Assembly (NCBI GenBank): GCA_943356525.1
Contig: CALRFG010000001.1
Coordinates: forward strand, 141,919 to 174,515
Source of the DNA: Candidatus Nomurabacteria bacterium
Lineage (GTDB): Bacteria; Patescibacteriota; Minisyncoccia; Phycocordibacterales; CAIZLB01
Direction of reading: 5' to 3'
DNA length: 32,597 nucleotides
Shown: piece by piece, positions 9,191 to 18,430 of the stretch
Layout: each line of letters opens with the position of its first letter
Position numbering within the stretch: the stretch's first letter is position 1
Program-made: the position numbers and the translations under genes
Notes under the pieces: model-generated
What the model was told of the DNA's origin: nothing
Database searches by the model: none
The model's input: the letters and a program-made list of their open reading frames with translations, nothing else

Positions 9191-9969
9191 ATATATATTC
9201 AGAAAAAGAAATAGAAATACTACGTGAGGGTGGTAAGATATTACATACTATTCTAAAAACACTTGAAAAAGAGACTTTAGAAAATGTTTCAACAAAAGAC
9301 CTTGATATTAGGGCTAAAGAATTGTGTATCGAAAATAATGCTATACCAGCTTTTTTAAACTATACTCCAGGAGGTGCAAAGCGTCCTTTTCCAGGGGCGA
9401 TATGTATATCTGTAAATCATGAAGTTGTTCATGGTATACCAAACGAAAAACCAAAGATCTTAAAAAAAGGTGATGTTGTAACACTTGATATGGGTTTAAA
9501 ATACATGGGCATGTTTACTGATTCTGCTGTTACTTTGGTTGTAGGTGGTGGTGAATACAACAAAGTTGGTCAGGAAATGATAGATGTAGCAGCTCGTGCG
9601 CTCAACAATGCAATAGATATATTAAAGCCAGGTTTAAGAACTGGAGATATAGGTCAGGCTATAGAAGATACAGTTAAGAAAAATAAAGGTAAGATATACA
9701 AAATACCAACAATACTCGGAGGTCATGGTATAGGTTATGGAATACATGAAGATCCATTCGTACCAAACTTTGGAAAGGCTGGCGAAGGTGTCGTTTTAAA
9801 AGAGGGAAATGTTATAGCTATAGAGCCAATATTGACTGAAAATAGTACCGCTATGAATACTTTGTCTGATGGATACACTTTTGTAACGCAGGATAAAGGT
9901 TTGGCGGTTCATGTTGAGCACACTGTGGTTATTACAAAAGATGGGTGTGAGGTTATAACTATGGGATAA
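9178..9969 (+). CDS. map: Methionine aminopeptidase type I
   Basis: CISVNHEVVHGIP, GHGIG..IHEDP, AIEP and HVEHTV; overlaps adk by 13 nt. Confidence 0.98.
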   Translation: MSKINIYSEKEIEILREGGKILHTILKTLEKETLENVSTKDLDIRAKELCIENNAIPAFLNYTPGGAKRPFPGAICISVNHEVVHGIPNEKPKILKKGDVVTLDMGLKYMGMFTDSAVTLVVGGGEYNKVGQEMIDVAARALNNAIDILKPGLRTGDIGQAIEDTVKKNKGKIYKIPTILGGHGIGYGIHEDPFVPNFGKAGEGVVLKEGNVIAIEPILTENSTAMNTLSDGYTFVTQDKGLAVHVEHTVVITKDGCEVITMG

Positions 9970-9979
9970 ATTTTTATAT

Positions 9980-10024
9980 AAAACTGACCCCCACTGCTGC
10001 TAGCAAGGGAGTCTTTAGTTTTTA
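9980..10024. terminator. Probable intrinsic terminator between convergent map and small ORF
   Basis: Imperfect GC-rich hairpin GAC-CCC..TGCT/AGCA..GGG-GTC, preceded by an A-run and followed by TTTAGTTTTT. Confidence 0.55.
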
Positions 10025-10185
10025 TTTTTGGTAACAGTAGTTTCTTTGAATAGTTCTGGAGTATTTTTATTAATGTATATATCATTTAAGAATACAAAAC
10101 TTAGCCAAAATAAGTACCAGGTAATCATTAAAATAATACTAATTATTGCACCCTTTGTATCTTTAACACAATGTTCATCTTTCAT
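10015..10185 (-). CDS. Small single-pass membrane protein, 56 aa (hypothetical)
   Basis: MKDEHCVKDTKGAIISIILMITWYLFWLSFVFLNDIYINKNTPELFKETTVTKNKN*; one hydrophobic helix; upstream TTGACA(10224-10219)-N18-TAACAT(10200-10195). Below the ORF-track cutoff. Confidence 0.65.
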   Translation of the reverse strand: MKDEHCVKDTKGAIISIILMITWYLFWLSFVFLNDIYINKNTPELFKETTVTKNKN

Positions 10186-10257
10186 ACAAACTTAATGTTA
10201 CTCCTATCTATGATAAGGTGTCAAATTACTCATTTTATCTGATATAATAAAAACATA

Positions 10258-13131
10258 ATGTTACAAAATAATTTTGAGCAATCAAAAAATAAAAACCATG
10301 AAATAGGTGTTTTAAACTTTGCTGAACCTGATAAAAAAACTTTTGCCTCTATAGAAGATGAATTAAAATATCTTCGTGGTGAAGTAAAAAAGAATCAAGA
10401 TAAAAATGATGAACAGTTTGAACAAGATCAAATAATATCTCAAGAAATAAAAATATATCATGAGACTACAGGGAGAGATTTATTGCATGAATCATATATT
10501 CAACCTGAAAAAAAAGGTCAAGAGATAGTTTTAAACCTTGCCCCTGAATCCCATGATGAAAATATGGAAGAGTATTGGGCTTTGATGAATAAAAATGGTA
10601 TTTATAACACTTTGAATATTATAAAAAATAATAATAATCCGCACCTTGAAGATGATTTCCATAGGTTTTTAGTTGAATATATAAAGTCAGGTGTACAGAT
10701 AAAAAACCTAAAAGAAAATGATACGGTAGATAAAAGTATAAAACAGACACTATACCAAGTATCTTTACCTGATTTTCAACAAAAAGATAGTACACAAAAA
10801 CCAATAAAAGAGCTAATCTCTGTCATGGAACAGTTCTATGCAGGTATGACATCTATCGCAGAAGCGGGTAAGAAATTTGCTGATAGTAAAAATAATATGA
10901 CTATCGAGCTTTCTATAGCTCAAAGTTCTGAAGAATTTATTTTTTATGTATCTATTCCAAATAACAAAACAGATCTTTTTGAAAAACATATACTTTCTGT
11001 TTTTCCAGAAGCAAAGATAGAGGTGGAACACAATGATTATAATATCTTTGATGAAGATGGTGTGTCTCTTGGTTCCGTTGCCTCATTTACAAAGCAAGGT
11101 ATATATCCAATAAAGACATATGAACAGTTTGATGCTGACCCTATAAACGTTATTCTCAATTCTTTATCTAAAATACAAAGAGACGGAGAAGGTGCATCTA
11201 TACAAATAGTATTCAATAATGTCGGAGATTATTATCAAAAACTTTATAGAGATGCACTGGATAATATTCTAAAAGGTGAAAGTCTAAAAAAGAGTACAGA
11301 TATAAGACATACTATATGGGGTCAGTTTGCCAAAGTAGCAGGAGAAATAGGAAAAGAAGTTACTGATAGTGCATTTTCTGTTGATCAAAAAAAAGATGAA
11401 AAGGATGAAAAATATATAGATCAGATTGCAGTTGAGCAAATAAAAAATAAAATAGCTACACCTATAATAGAAACAAATATACGTTTGATTGCTTCAGCAA
11501 AAACTCGTATACGTACTGAAAATATATTATCTGATCTTGAGTCATCGTTCAATCAGTTTACAAATTCTCTTGGAAATAGTTTTAAATGGAACAGGATCAA
11601 AGATAATAATCTGAAAGAATTATTTTATCAGTATTCCTTTAGAATTTTTGATAGAGATCAGGTTTTACCTGTATCAATAAGAGAGATAGCTACTGTTATG
11701 CATTTTCCTATGACAACTCAGTCAAATTTTTCACCACAGCTGAAACAGTCAACAGCGGCAACTGCTTCAGCACCACTCGATATACCTAGGTCTGGTGAAG
11801 GTGTTTTGATTGGTAAAAATATACATAGAAATATAGAGCAGGATATATATATGACACCAGAGGATAGGCTTAGGCATATGTATGTAATCGGTCAGACCGG
11901 TGTAGGTAAGTCTAGTATTTTAAAAAATCTTATCATACAAGATATTAAAAATGGTGATGGTGTATGTTTTATAGACCCTCATGGAAATGATGTTCAGGAT
12001 ATATTGTCGCATATACCAAAAGAAAGATATGATGATGTAATTTATTTTGATCCTGGCTACACTGATAGACCTATGTCTTTGAACATGCTCGAATATGATC
12101 ATTCAAATCCAGAGCAAAAAACTTTCGTTGTAAACGAGCTGTTTAGTATTTTCCAGAAACTATATGGTGCAAACCCTGAATCTATGGGACCTATGTTTGA
12201 GCAATATTTTAGAAATGCAACTATGCTCGTTATGGATGATCCGGACTCAGGCTGTACCATGCTCGATATATCTCGAGTTATGGCTGTAAAAAGTTTCCGT
12301 GATATGAAAATAGCACAGTGCAAAAACCCAATAGTAAAACAATTTTGGACTGAGATTGCTGAGAAAACTTCAGGCGAGTCAGGTCTTGTAAATATGATAC
12401 CTTACATAACATCAAAGTTTGACGTATTTTCAGCTAATGAAATCATGCGACCTATCATCGCTCAAGAACAATCCTCGTTTAATTTTCGTGAGATAATGGA
12501 TACCAAAAAAATTCTTCTTGTAAATCTTGCAAAAGGCCGACTAGGGGATATAAACTCAAACCTTATAGGTCTTATTGTTGTTGGGAAAATATTGATGGCT
12601 GCATTATCGAGAGTTGATTCTTTTGGAAAAGATATGAATCCATTTTACTTGTATATAGATGAGTTTCAAAATATAACAACGCCTTCTATATCAACTATAT
12701 TATCAGAAGCTAGAAAGTATAAACTATCATTGACCATTGCCCATCAGTTTATAGATCAGCTTGATGATAAGATAAAATCTTCAGTTTTTGGAAATGTTGG
12801 AAATATGGTTGTTTATAGAACTGGTGCTGCTGATGCTGAGATTTTACAAAAGCAGTTTGAGCCAGTTTTTAAAGCATCAGATATTATGAATATAGATAAC
12901 TTCAACGCTTATATTAAAATGCTTTCTCATGGTAAACCTACAAAACCTTTTAATGTTCGTATTATGCCACAAGCAAAAGGGAATACAGATATAGTGGATT
13001 CATTGAAGGAGTTGTCTTATCTAAAATACGGAAAAGATAAAGACTTGATACGTGAGCAAATAAACACAAAATTTGCGAGTGATAAAGCAAAACCAAAGCC
13101 TACTCCGGATTTGAGTGCTTTTGGTTTGTAG
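10258..13131 (+). CDS. VirB4/VirD4(TraD)/HerA-like P-loop ATPase of the type common in CPR genomes
   Basis: DRLRHMYVIGQTGVGKS (Walker A), CFIDPHG, YLYIDEFQ (Walker B), SEARKY and AHQFIDQL; long soluble N-terminal region. Confidence 0.88.
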   Translation: MLQNNFEQSKNKNHEIGVLNFAEPDKKTFASIEDELKYLRGEVKKNQDKNDEQFEQDQIISQEIKIYHETTGRDLLHESYIQPEKKGQEIVLNLAPESHDENMEEYWALMNKNGIYNTLNIIKNNNNPHLEDDFHRFLVEYIKSGVQIKNLKENDTVDKSIKQTLYQVSLPDFQQKDSTQKPIKELISVMEQFYAGMTSIAEAGKKFADSKNNMTIELSIAQSSEEFIFYVSIPNNKTDLFEKHILSVFPEAKIEVEHNDYNIFDEDGVSLGSVASFTKQGIYPIKTYEQFDADPINVILNSLSKIQRDGEGASIQIVFNNVGDYYQKLYRDALDNILKGESLKKSTDIRHTIWGQFAKVAGEIGKEVTDSAFSVDQKKDEKDEKYIDQIAVEQIKNKIATPIIETNIRLIASAKTRIRTENILSDLESSFNQFTNSLGNSFKWNRIKDNNLKELFYQYSFRIFDRDQVLPVSIREIATVMHFPMTTQSNFSPQLKQSTAATASAPLDIPRSGEGVLIGKNIHRNIEQDIYMTPEDRLRHMYVIGQTGVGKSSILKNLIIQDIKNGDGVCFIDPHGNDVQDILSHIPKERYDDVIYFDPGYTDRPMSLNMLEYDHSNPEQKTFVVNELFSIFQKLYGANPESMGPMFEQYFRNATMLVMDDPDSGCTMLDISRVMAVKSFRDMKIAQCKNPIVKQFWTEIAEKTSGESGLVNMIPYITSKFDVFSANEIMRPIIAQEQSSFNFREIMDTKKILLVNLAKGRLGDINSNLIGLIVVGKILMAALSRVDSFGKDMNPFYLYIDEFQNITTPSISTILSEARKYKLSLTIAHQFIDQLDDKIKSSVFGNVGNMVVYRTGAADAEILQKQFEPVFKASDIMNIDNFNAYIKMLSHGKPTKPFNVRIMPQAKGNTDIVDSLKELSYLKYGKDKDLIREQINTKFASDKAKPKPTPDLSAFGL

Positions 13132-13160
13132 TTGCTATAGTTATTTTATAAAGCTATAAT
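13132..13160 (+). promoter_or_regulatory. Sigma70-type promoter, probably leaderless transcript
   Basis: TTGCTA-N17-TATAAT, ending 7 nt before the ATG at 13168. Confidence 0.6.
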
Positions 13161-13167
13161 TAAAAAT

Positions 13168-14730
13168 ATGAAAAAAAATTTAATTGTTAGTTTTTTATTA
13201 CTGACTATAATATCAACTTCAGTTTTTGCTCAAGTTAACTCACCTAGTAAAGAAGTCGCTCCCTTGTTGGAGGTGCCTACAACTTTTCCAAATATAGATA
13301 GGACTTTGTATGATGAAGACGGTATATCTTTAATACAACCAAATTTTCCCAAAGATTTTCCTCTACCAGATAAAACTTCTACAAGTTCATTTGAAATGGA
13401 TAATATTGCAAACGATTTGCCGTCTTTAGCACTTGACCCAAAAGATGTAAAACAGGGTGAATTAGCAGCTTGTTTTGATTATTATAATTTTGGGTCGGTG
13501 AACATAAGTTTGGCAACTGACCGTACAACATATGAATCAGGTGGATTACCTGCAATCATAACAGGTGAGGTAAAAAATAATAATAAATATCCACTTGTGG
13601 GTTTAGATATAAAAGCTAGATTGGTTAAAAATATACCCTCACCAGACTATATTCGTGCAGAGATTATGACACTTGATGAATTTGATATTGCAAAAAATAT
13701 CACCATAAAAGCTAATGGTATCTACACTATACCGTCATATGGTTTGAATCTGCCACTAAACACACCTGCTGGCGATTATCAAATACTTTTTTATGCAGTT
13801 GAACAAAATAGGTTCAATATGTCAGGATTATCATTTACAAATGATATCATAGCGTCAAAAGTTGATTTTACCATAACAGGAAAAAATCCTGAACACATTT
13901 ATCTTGATCAGACAAAAATAACAGTAGGTGGTAAACCTCATAATATAATGGCATTTGTAACTCAACATATACCAGATATAGAGATTCCTGTAATTATTCC
14001 TTTAAAAAATCCAAGTAATATTGATAAAAAAATGACGGTTACCTACGATTTGTATTCTTGGGATGCTTTACAGCAAGAAAATAAGATAAGTACAAAATCT
14101 GAAACTATTATGGTTCCAGCAAAATCATCTAAAAATCTAAAATACATTTTAGATAAAGGTGTGCTACCTGTGTATTATCTTACAATAACAGCTCAACCAG
14201 AAAGTCAAATAAAAGACAAATCTGTATTTAAGGAAAAAACTATGTCGAATATAAGATTTGTTATTATTGATTCATCAAAACCAAGAATAAACTTTACAGG
14301 TATAAACTCATTTCCTTTGAAGAAAGGGTCTGAAGCTACTCTTTTTACATGTTTTCATAATACAAATAATGGTATTGATTTAAATAATGTAAAAATAGAA
14401 ACAGTTCTATATGATCAAGACAATAAAGAAATTTCCAGATTGGAATATAATGGTAAGACAACATCAGAGATCAGTGGGTTGATTAAAAAGTTTACAACAA
14501 AAAAAGATATTTTTAACTTTACTATCATAACAAAAATGTTTAATAGTAAAGGTGAGCAACTTGATTCTATTGAAAAAAAATATAGTTGTAATGATATTGA
14601 CCCTAGTACTTGTCCAAAAAAATTAGATTTGATTTTAATCTCAAGTATTGCCGGGATAGCTGTTATATTGATATTGTTAATAGTTTTTATCTATAAAAAA
14701 ATTAGAAATAATATATTAAAAAATAAATAA
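13168..14730 (+). CDS. Hypothetical surface protein: signal peptide, beta-rich (Ig-like) ectodomain, C-terminal membrane anchor
   Basis: MKKNLIVSFLLLTIISTSVFA|Q signal; C-terminal hydrophobic helix followed by YKKIR. Confidence 0.8.
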   Translation: MKKNLIVSFLLLTIISTSVFAQVNSPSKEVAPLLEVPTTFPNIDRTLYDEDGISLIQPNFPKDFPLPDKTSTSSFEMDNIANDLPSLALDPKDVKQGELAACFDYYNFGSVNISLATDRTTYESGGLPAIITGEVKNNNKYPLVGLDIKARLVKNIPSPDYIRAEIMTLDEFDIAKNITIKANGIYTIPSYGLNLPLNTPAGDYQILFYAVEQNRFNMSGLSFTNDIIASKVDFTITGKNPEHIYLDQTKITVGGKPHNIMAFVTQHIPDIEIPVIIPLKNPSNIDKKMTVTYDLYSWDALQQENKISTKSETIMVPAKSSKNLKYILDKGVLPVYYLTITAQPESQIKDKSVFKEKTMSNIRFVIIDSSKPRINFTGINSFPLKKGSEATLFTCFHNTNNGIDLNNVKIETVLYDQDNKEISRLEYNGKTTSEISGLIKKFTTKKDIFNFTIITKMFNSKGEQLDSIEKKYSCNDIDPSTCPKKLDLILISSIAGIAVILILLIVFIYKKIRNNILKNK

Positions 14731-14739
14731 ATAAAATAT

Positions 14740-16605
14740 ATGAAAAAATACTTTTGCCTAGTCTTGATATTGTTAAATCTTTATTTGCCTATACTTATGG
14801 TTTCAAAAATAGAAGCTGCTTCGGTTAGTACGTCTTTATATACAAATATTCATTCCAGACCGTATCAACCGGAAACGGGATTAATTGCATTAAGGGCTTT
14901 AGATGGGAGTAGTATAACAACAACTGTAAATAAAATTATAAACTTTGTGCTACCTAATGGTGGAACTGCTTCCACATATTCAAATCTAAACATAGGTGAG
15001 TCAATTAAATTAAGTCAAAATGATACTTCTGCATCATGGTTTCAGGCAGGTGGATGGAGTGATTCACCTAACTCTGATGGCATATGGTATAGAACAACAT
15101 TTGGAAACGGTGGTGTGGCATATTTTAGTGAATCAAGACCAGTCGATTTTTCCAAAGTTAGTATAACAAGTGACAATCCGTCTGTTTTAGAATGTAGTCC
15201 TACTTGGGGTTGTACGGCAAAGAACCCTGGTTATGCTACTATGATTGTTAGTTTTCCTCAAGCTAATCGTAATAGTACTAATAGATTCTTAAGTGGGAAT
15301 TTTGGCTTTGGTGTGATTAATATTGGTGCGACGACTGCTGGTACAGGAGGAAATCTTACTGACATAATATCTGCTACATATTCATTTGATCCTATATATT
15401 ATGGAGTGACTGTAGCACCTAGACCAAATCAAAATGCTGTAGTAAGTTGTCTTACACCTACAAATATGTCTACAAGTGGAGGAACTTTCAATTGGAAATA
15501 CACTGATGCTGAGGGTGATGCTCAGTCAAACTATCACTTTCAATTAGCAACAGATCCTGGTTTTGCTAATATAATATATAAAACTGTTCAAGGTTGGGGA
15601 AATGGTGGCATGACAACAACAGGTGGAAGCGTTGTTATACCAAATGGTACACTCTTTCCGGGTGTAACTTATTACACAAGAATTCAATCTTATAATGGTG
15701 TAAATGGATGGGGTAATGGTTTTCAAAATTGTGCTGGAAATTTTACTACATTGACTATACCACAACCAACAGGATTTAGTGCCACTTGCGCAGATAATGG
15801 TGATAAATCGACTGTAAAATGGGTTAATCCAGTTGGATATGATAGTATATATTTTCGAGCTACAGATGTAACTGTACATCCAGATGTTACATTATCCGAT
15901 GCTTTAAAGGGAATTTGGGACAAGATTGGACTGTATCAAGAACTTTTTAAAGAAGAAGTTCAAGGTAATTCGTATACTTTTGATACAATACCTGGACATG
16001 AATATCTTTTGTGGATACACACAAAAGACAAAAATATAACTCCTCCTAATTGGAGTCCAATTCTGGTACTTCCAACACTTCTTACATGTTCCATACAAGC
16101 TGGTGTATGTGCAACTGACTTTCAAGGAAAACAGATTAAAGATACATGTGCTACAAAAGGACCTGCTACAAATATGCAAAAAACTGATACACAATACACT
16201 TGGAAATGTCCTTCAAATGACCCTATAGCTCCTGCAACCTCTTGTGCTAGAGACATAACAGATGTACCACCCCCACCTACTACACCTACTACACCACCAA
16301 CTACTACACCTACACCAGTTATATCTATCAAGAAAACTCCTTTAGTTGTTTTAGATAAAAATGGTTCATGTACCTTAGATTGGACAATAACAAGTCTACC
16401 GAATGGTGCAAGTTGTTCACTTAGTGGTTGGGGTGTTAACGGTACGGGTATTACTAGTAAAAGTATACCACTAAAAGATAAAGCTACAATATATAATCTG
16501 CAATCAAGTCAAAGGTATACAATAACTTGTTCAGGTTCACCACTTACAGCACCAATATCAGCTTCAGTTTTATGTCGAGTAAATACTGATATTAATGAAA
16601 TTTAG
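14740..16605 (+). CDS. Secreted Cys-rich multi-domain protein (Ig/FN3-like modules, Pro/Thr linker), putative adhesin
   Basis: Signal peptide; SDNPSV..C..AKNPG (Ig-like group 2 flavour); WKYTD.EGD.Q..Y..Q.ATD..F...L.PG.TYY.R (FN3-like); PPPPTTPTTPPTTTPTP linker. Confidence 0.75.
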   Translation: MKKYFCLVLILLNLYLPILMVSKIEAASVSTSLYTNIHSRPYQPETGLIALRALDGSSITTTVNKIINFVLPNGGTASTYSNLNIGESIKLSQNDTSASWFQAGGWSDSPNSDGIWYRTTFGNGGVAYFSESRPVDFSKVSITSDNPSVLECSPTWGCTAKNPGYATMIVSFPQANRNSTNRFLSGNFGFGVINIGATTAGTGGNLTDIISATYSFDPIYYGVTVAPRPNQNAVVSCLTPTNMSTSGGTFNWKYTDAEGDAQSNYHFQLATDPGFANIIYKTVQGWGNGGMTTTGGSVVIPNGTLFPGVTYYTRIQSYNGVNGWGNGFQNCAGNFTTLTIPQPTGFSATCADNGDKSTVKWVNPVGYDSIYFRATDVTVHPDVTLSDALKGIWDKIGLYQELFKEEVQGNSYTFDTIPGHEYLLWIHTKDKNITPPNWSPILVLPTLLTCSIQAGVCATDFQGKQIKDTCATKGPATNMQKTDTQYTWKCPSNDPIAPATSCARDITDVPPPPTTPTTPPTTTPTPVISIKKTPLVVLDKNGSCTLDWTITSLPNGASCSLSGWGVNGTGITSKSIPLKDKATIYNLQSSQRYTITCSGSPLTAPISASVLCRVNTDINEI

Positions 16606-16624
16606 TTAAGAGATTAATTTAAAT

Positions 16625-16657
16625 AAAAACCGTAATATTGATAATTACGGTTTTTTT
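16625..16657. terminator. Bidirectional intrinsic terminator
   Basis: AAAAACCGTAAT-N7-ATTACGGTTTTT between convergent genes. Confidence 0.85.
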
Positions 16658-17234
16658 ATTTTATATTTTCAAACAGCTCATCAATACCAATTTTTTCTCG
16701 AGCTGAATATTTGATAACCTTATTACCTTCAAATGTTTTTTCTATAACATCTAGAGCCTTAAAAACTTCATTTTGTTTTAACTTGTCAAATTTGTTTGCG
16801 ATTATAACTATGTCTTTTTTATGTTCTTTTAGAAAATTATAAAAATTGATATCATCGACAGTTGGACCAACTTTTGCATCTATTATTAAAACAACTTTTC
16901 TTGGGTTTGTGTTTTCACTAATAAAATACCATTCTATGATACGGGCTATCTTATCTCTTTGTGTATGAGATCCTCGAGCAAATCCATAACCAGGTAAGTC
17001 GACCAAGTAGAACTCTTCATTTATAAGATAAAAATTGGCCTCAGCAGTAAATCCTGGAGTGGAGGACGATCGAGCAAGTTTATTTCTCCCAACCAATGTG
17101 TTTATAACAGAAGATTTACCTACGTTTGATCTACCTATAAAAGCCACTTGAGGCAATACCTCTAGAGGTAGTCCTGTATCATGTACTGCTCCTTTTAGAA
17201 ATATCGCTGATTTTATAATTTGAGGGTTTGTCAT
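16656..17234 (-). CDS. engB: Ribosome biogenesis GTPase EngB/YihA/YsxC
   Basis: GRSNVGKSS, SSTPG.T, DLPGYG and NKFDK motifs. Start moved to ATG 17234 (MTNPQIIKSA) because the ORF-track start lies inside tRNA-Leu. Confidence 0.96.
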   Translation of the reverse strand: MTNPQIIKSAIFLKGAVHDTGLPLEVLPQVAFIGRSNVGKSSVINTLVGRNKLARSSSTPGFTAEANFYLINEEFYLVDLPGYGFARGSHTQRDKIARIIEWYFISENTNPRKVVLIIDAKVGPTVDDINFYNFLKEHKKDIVIIANKFDKLKQNEVFKALDVIEKTFEGNKVIKYSAREKIGIDELFENIK

Positions 17235-17238
17235 GTTG

Positions 17239-17321
17239 TGCCTCAGGCGGGACTCGAACCCGCACGACATTGCTGTCAAAAGATTTTAAGTCTTTCGTGT
17301 CTACCATTCCACCACCAAGGC
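17239..17321 (-). tRNA. tRNA-Leu(UAA), CCA not encoded
   Basis: GCCTTGG..GGAATGGTAGAC..AAAGA-CT-TAA-AA-TCTTT, long variable arm GACAGCAATGTC, GGTTCGAGTCC..CTGAGGC-A. Confidence 0.96.
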
Positions 17322-17348
17322 ATACATCGCTTTATTTCCAACAGCGTG

Positions 17349-17422
17349 AGGCGTAGGCCGGATTTGAACCGGCGAATATCAGTTTTGCAAACTGCCGCGT
17401 TAAACCACTTCGCCACTACGCC
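17349..17422 (-). tRNA. tRNA-Cys(GCA), CCA not encoded
   Basis: GGCGTAG acceptor, CAG-TT-GCA-AA-ACTG anticodon region, GGTTCAAATCC, U73 discriminator. Confidence 0.96.
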
Positions 17423-17492
17423 TTGTCTATATTTATAACATATTTACTTATGTATTTCCACTGAGACTTTCTTTCGTTTTTATTTAGTAAAA

Positions 17493-17501
17493 TGATATAA
17501 T
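17493..17501 (+). promoter_or_regulatory. Extended -10 promoter (leaderless candidate)
   Basis: TGATATAAT ending 6 nt before the ATG at 17508. Confidence 0.6.
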
Positions 17502-17507
17502 ACTCAC

Positions 17508-17792
17508 ATGTCAACAGAAAACAACATAACCTTCGAATCCGATAAATTCAAATACAAATCAAGGGTTATACTAGGACAAACTCAAGTACCAGGTATGACA
17601 AAGTTTTTATTGGGTAAGGGTATAGTTAAGAATGAGAGGCAGGCAATGAATATTTTATTAATAACAACGGTACTATTTCTAGGATTAAGTATATTTATTA
17701 TATATACTAATTTTTTTAAACAACCTGATATACCACAAATGTCTGATGAAGAGCGACAATTATTTTTTCCAGGATTAAAACAAACTCAATAA
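17508..17792 (+). CDS. Hypothetical single-pass membrane protein
   Basis: 94-aa ORF with one hydrophobic helix (ILLITTVLFLGLSIFIIY); its stop is 1 nt before the pilin start. Confidence 0.8.
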   Translation: MSTENNITFESDKFKYKSRVILGQTQVPGMTKFLLGKGIVKNERQAMNILLITTVLFLGLSIFIIYTNFFKQPDIPQMSDEERQLFFPGLKQTQ

Positions 17793-17793
17793 T

Positions 17794-18354
17794 ATGAGAA
17801 TTCAAAATAACAAAGGATTTACTCTTATAGAGCTAATGGTAGTTATATCAATAATAGGATTACTTTCAAGTATTGTTTTAGCCTCACTTAAAGACGCGAG
17901 AGATAAGGCGAATGTTACAAAATTTAAAGCTGAGATAAAACAAATGATTAATGCTTTAGAATTATATCGAGGGGATAATGGAAAGTATCCATATGAAGGT
18001 GAGTCTTACAGTTATGCAATAAGCAATGCCAATAGTATTGAACAACTAACCTATAATGATGATTTATTTTCAAATTATTTATCAAAATATATGAAAACTT
18101 GGCCTAAAGTTCCTGCAAATTCCTATGCTCAAGCTTCAGTTGCTTGGCGGTATATTTCTAACGGAACTAATTCTAGTGTTGCAAATTTATATAGATGTAA
18201 AGGTGATTCAGCATTACCTAAATATATGATATGGATATATGCTAATAACCCATTATTATTTAATGCTTTTCCTGAGCTAAATACAATAGAACAAATTAGA
18301 GATGGATTCTTAGCTTTTCCTCCGTCACAATACAAATGCTTCTCCCTTAAATAG
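17794..18354 (+). CDS. Type IV pilin / pseudopilin (class III signal peptide)
   Basis: NKG|FTLIELMVVISIIGLLSSIVLASL..ARDKA prepilin motif with Glu5; GspG-like ALELY..DNG.YP; two C-terminal Cys. Confidence 0.93.
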   Translation: MRIQNNKGFTLIELMVVISIIGLLSSIVLASLKDARDKANVTKFKAEIKQMINALELYRGDNGKYPYEGESYSYAISNANSIEQLTYNDDLFSNYLSKYMKTWPKVPANSYAQASVAWRYISNGTNSSVANLYRCKGDSALPKYMIWIYANNPLLFNAFPELNTIEQIRDGFLAFPPSQYKCFSLK

Positions 18355-18376
18355 TCTGAGTTTAATATTGAAAAAC

Positions 18377-18410
18377 AAAAAAGAAGATTATAACAAAAAT
18401 CTTCTTTTTT
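18377..18410. terminator. Bidirectional intrinsic terminator
   Basis: AAAAAAGAAGATT-N8-AATCTTCTTTTTT between convergent pilin and rbfA. Confidence 0.75.
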
Positions 18411-18430
18411 AATTTTACAATAATTTAACC

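Noticed and set aside
10201-10206. AGGAG on the minus strand upstream of the 56-aa ORF as a Shine-Dalgarno site
   Set aside because: 15 nt from the ATG, lies within the predicted promoter spacer, and the 16S has no complementary tail.
10258-16605. Integrative conjugative element or prophage
   Set aside because: No integrase, relaxase, phage structural genes or att repeats were seen.
17220-17438. 72-aa plus-strand ORF and the 15-aa N-terminal extension of engB
   Set aside because: Both are translations of tRNA-Leu/tRNA-Cys sequence.
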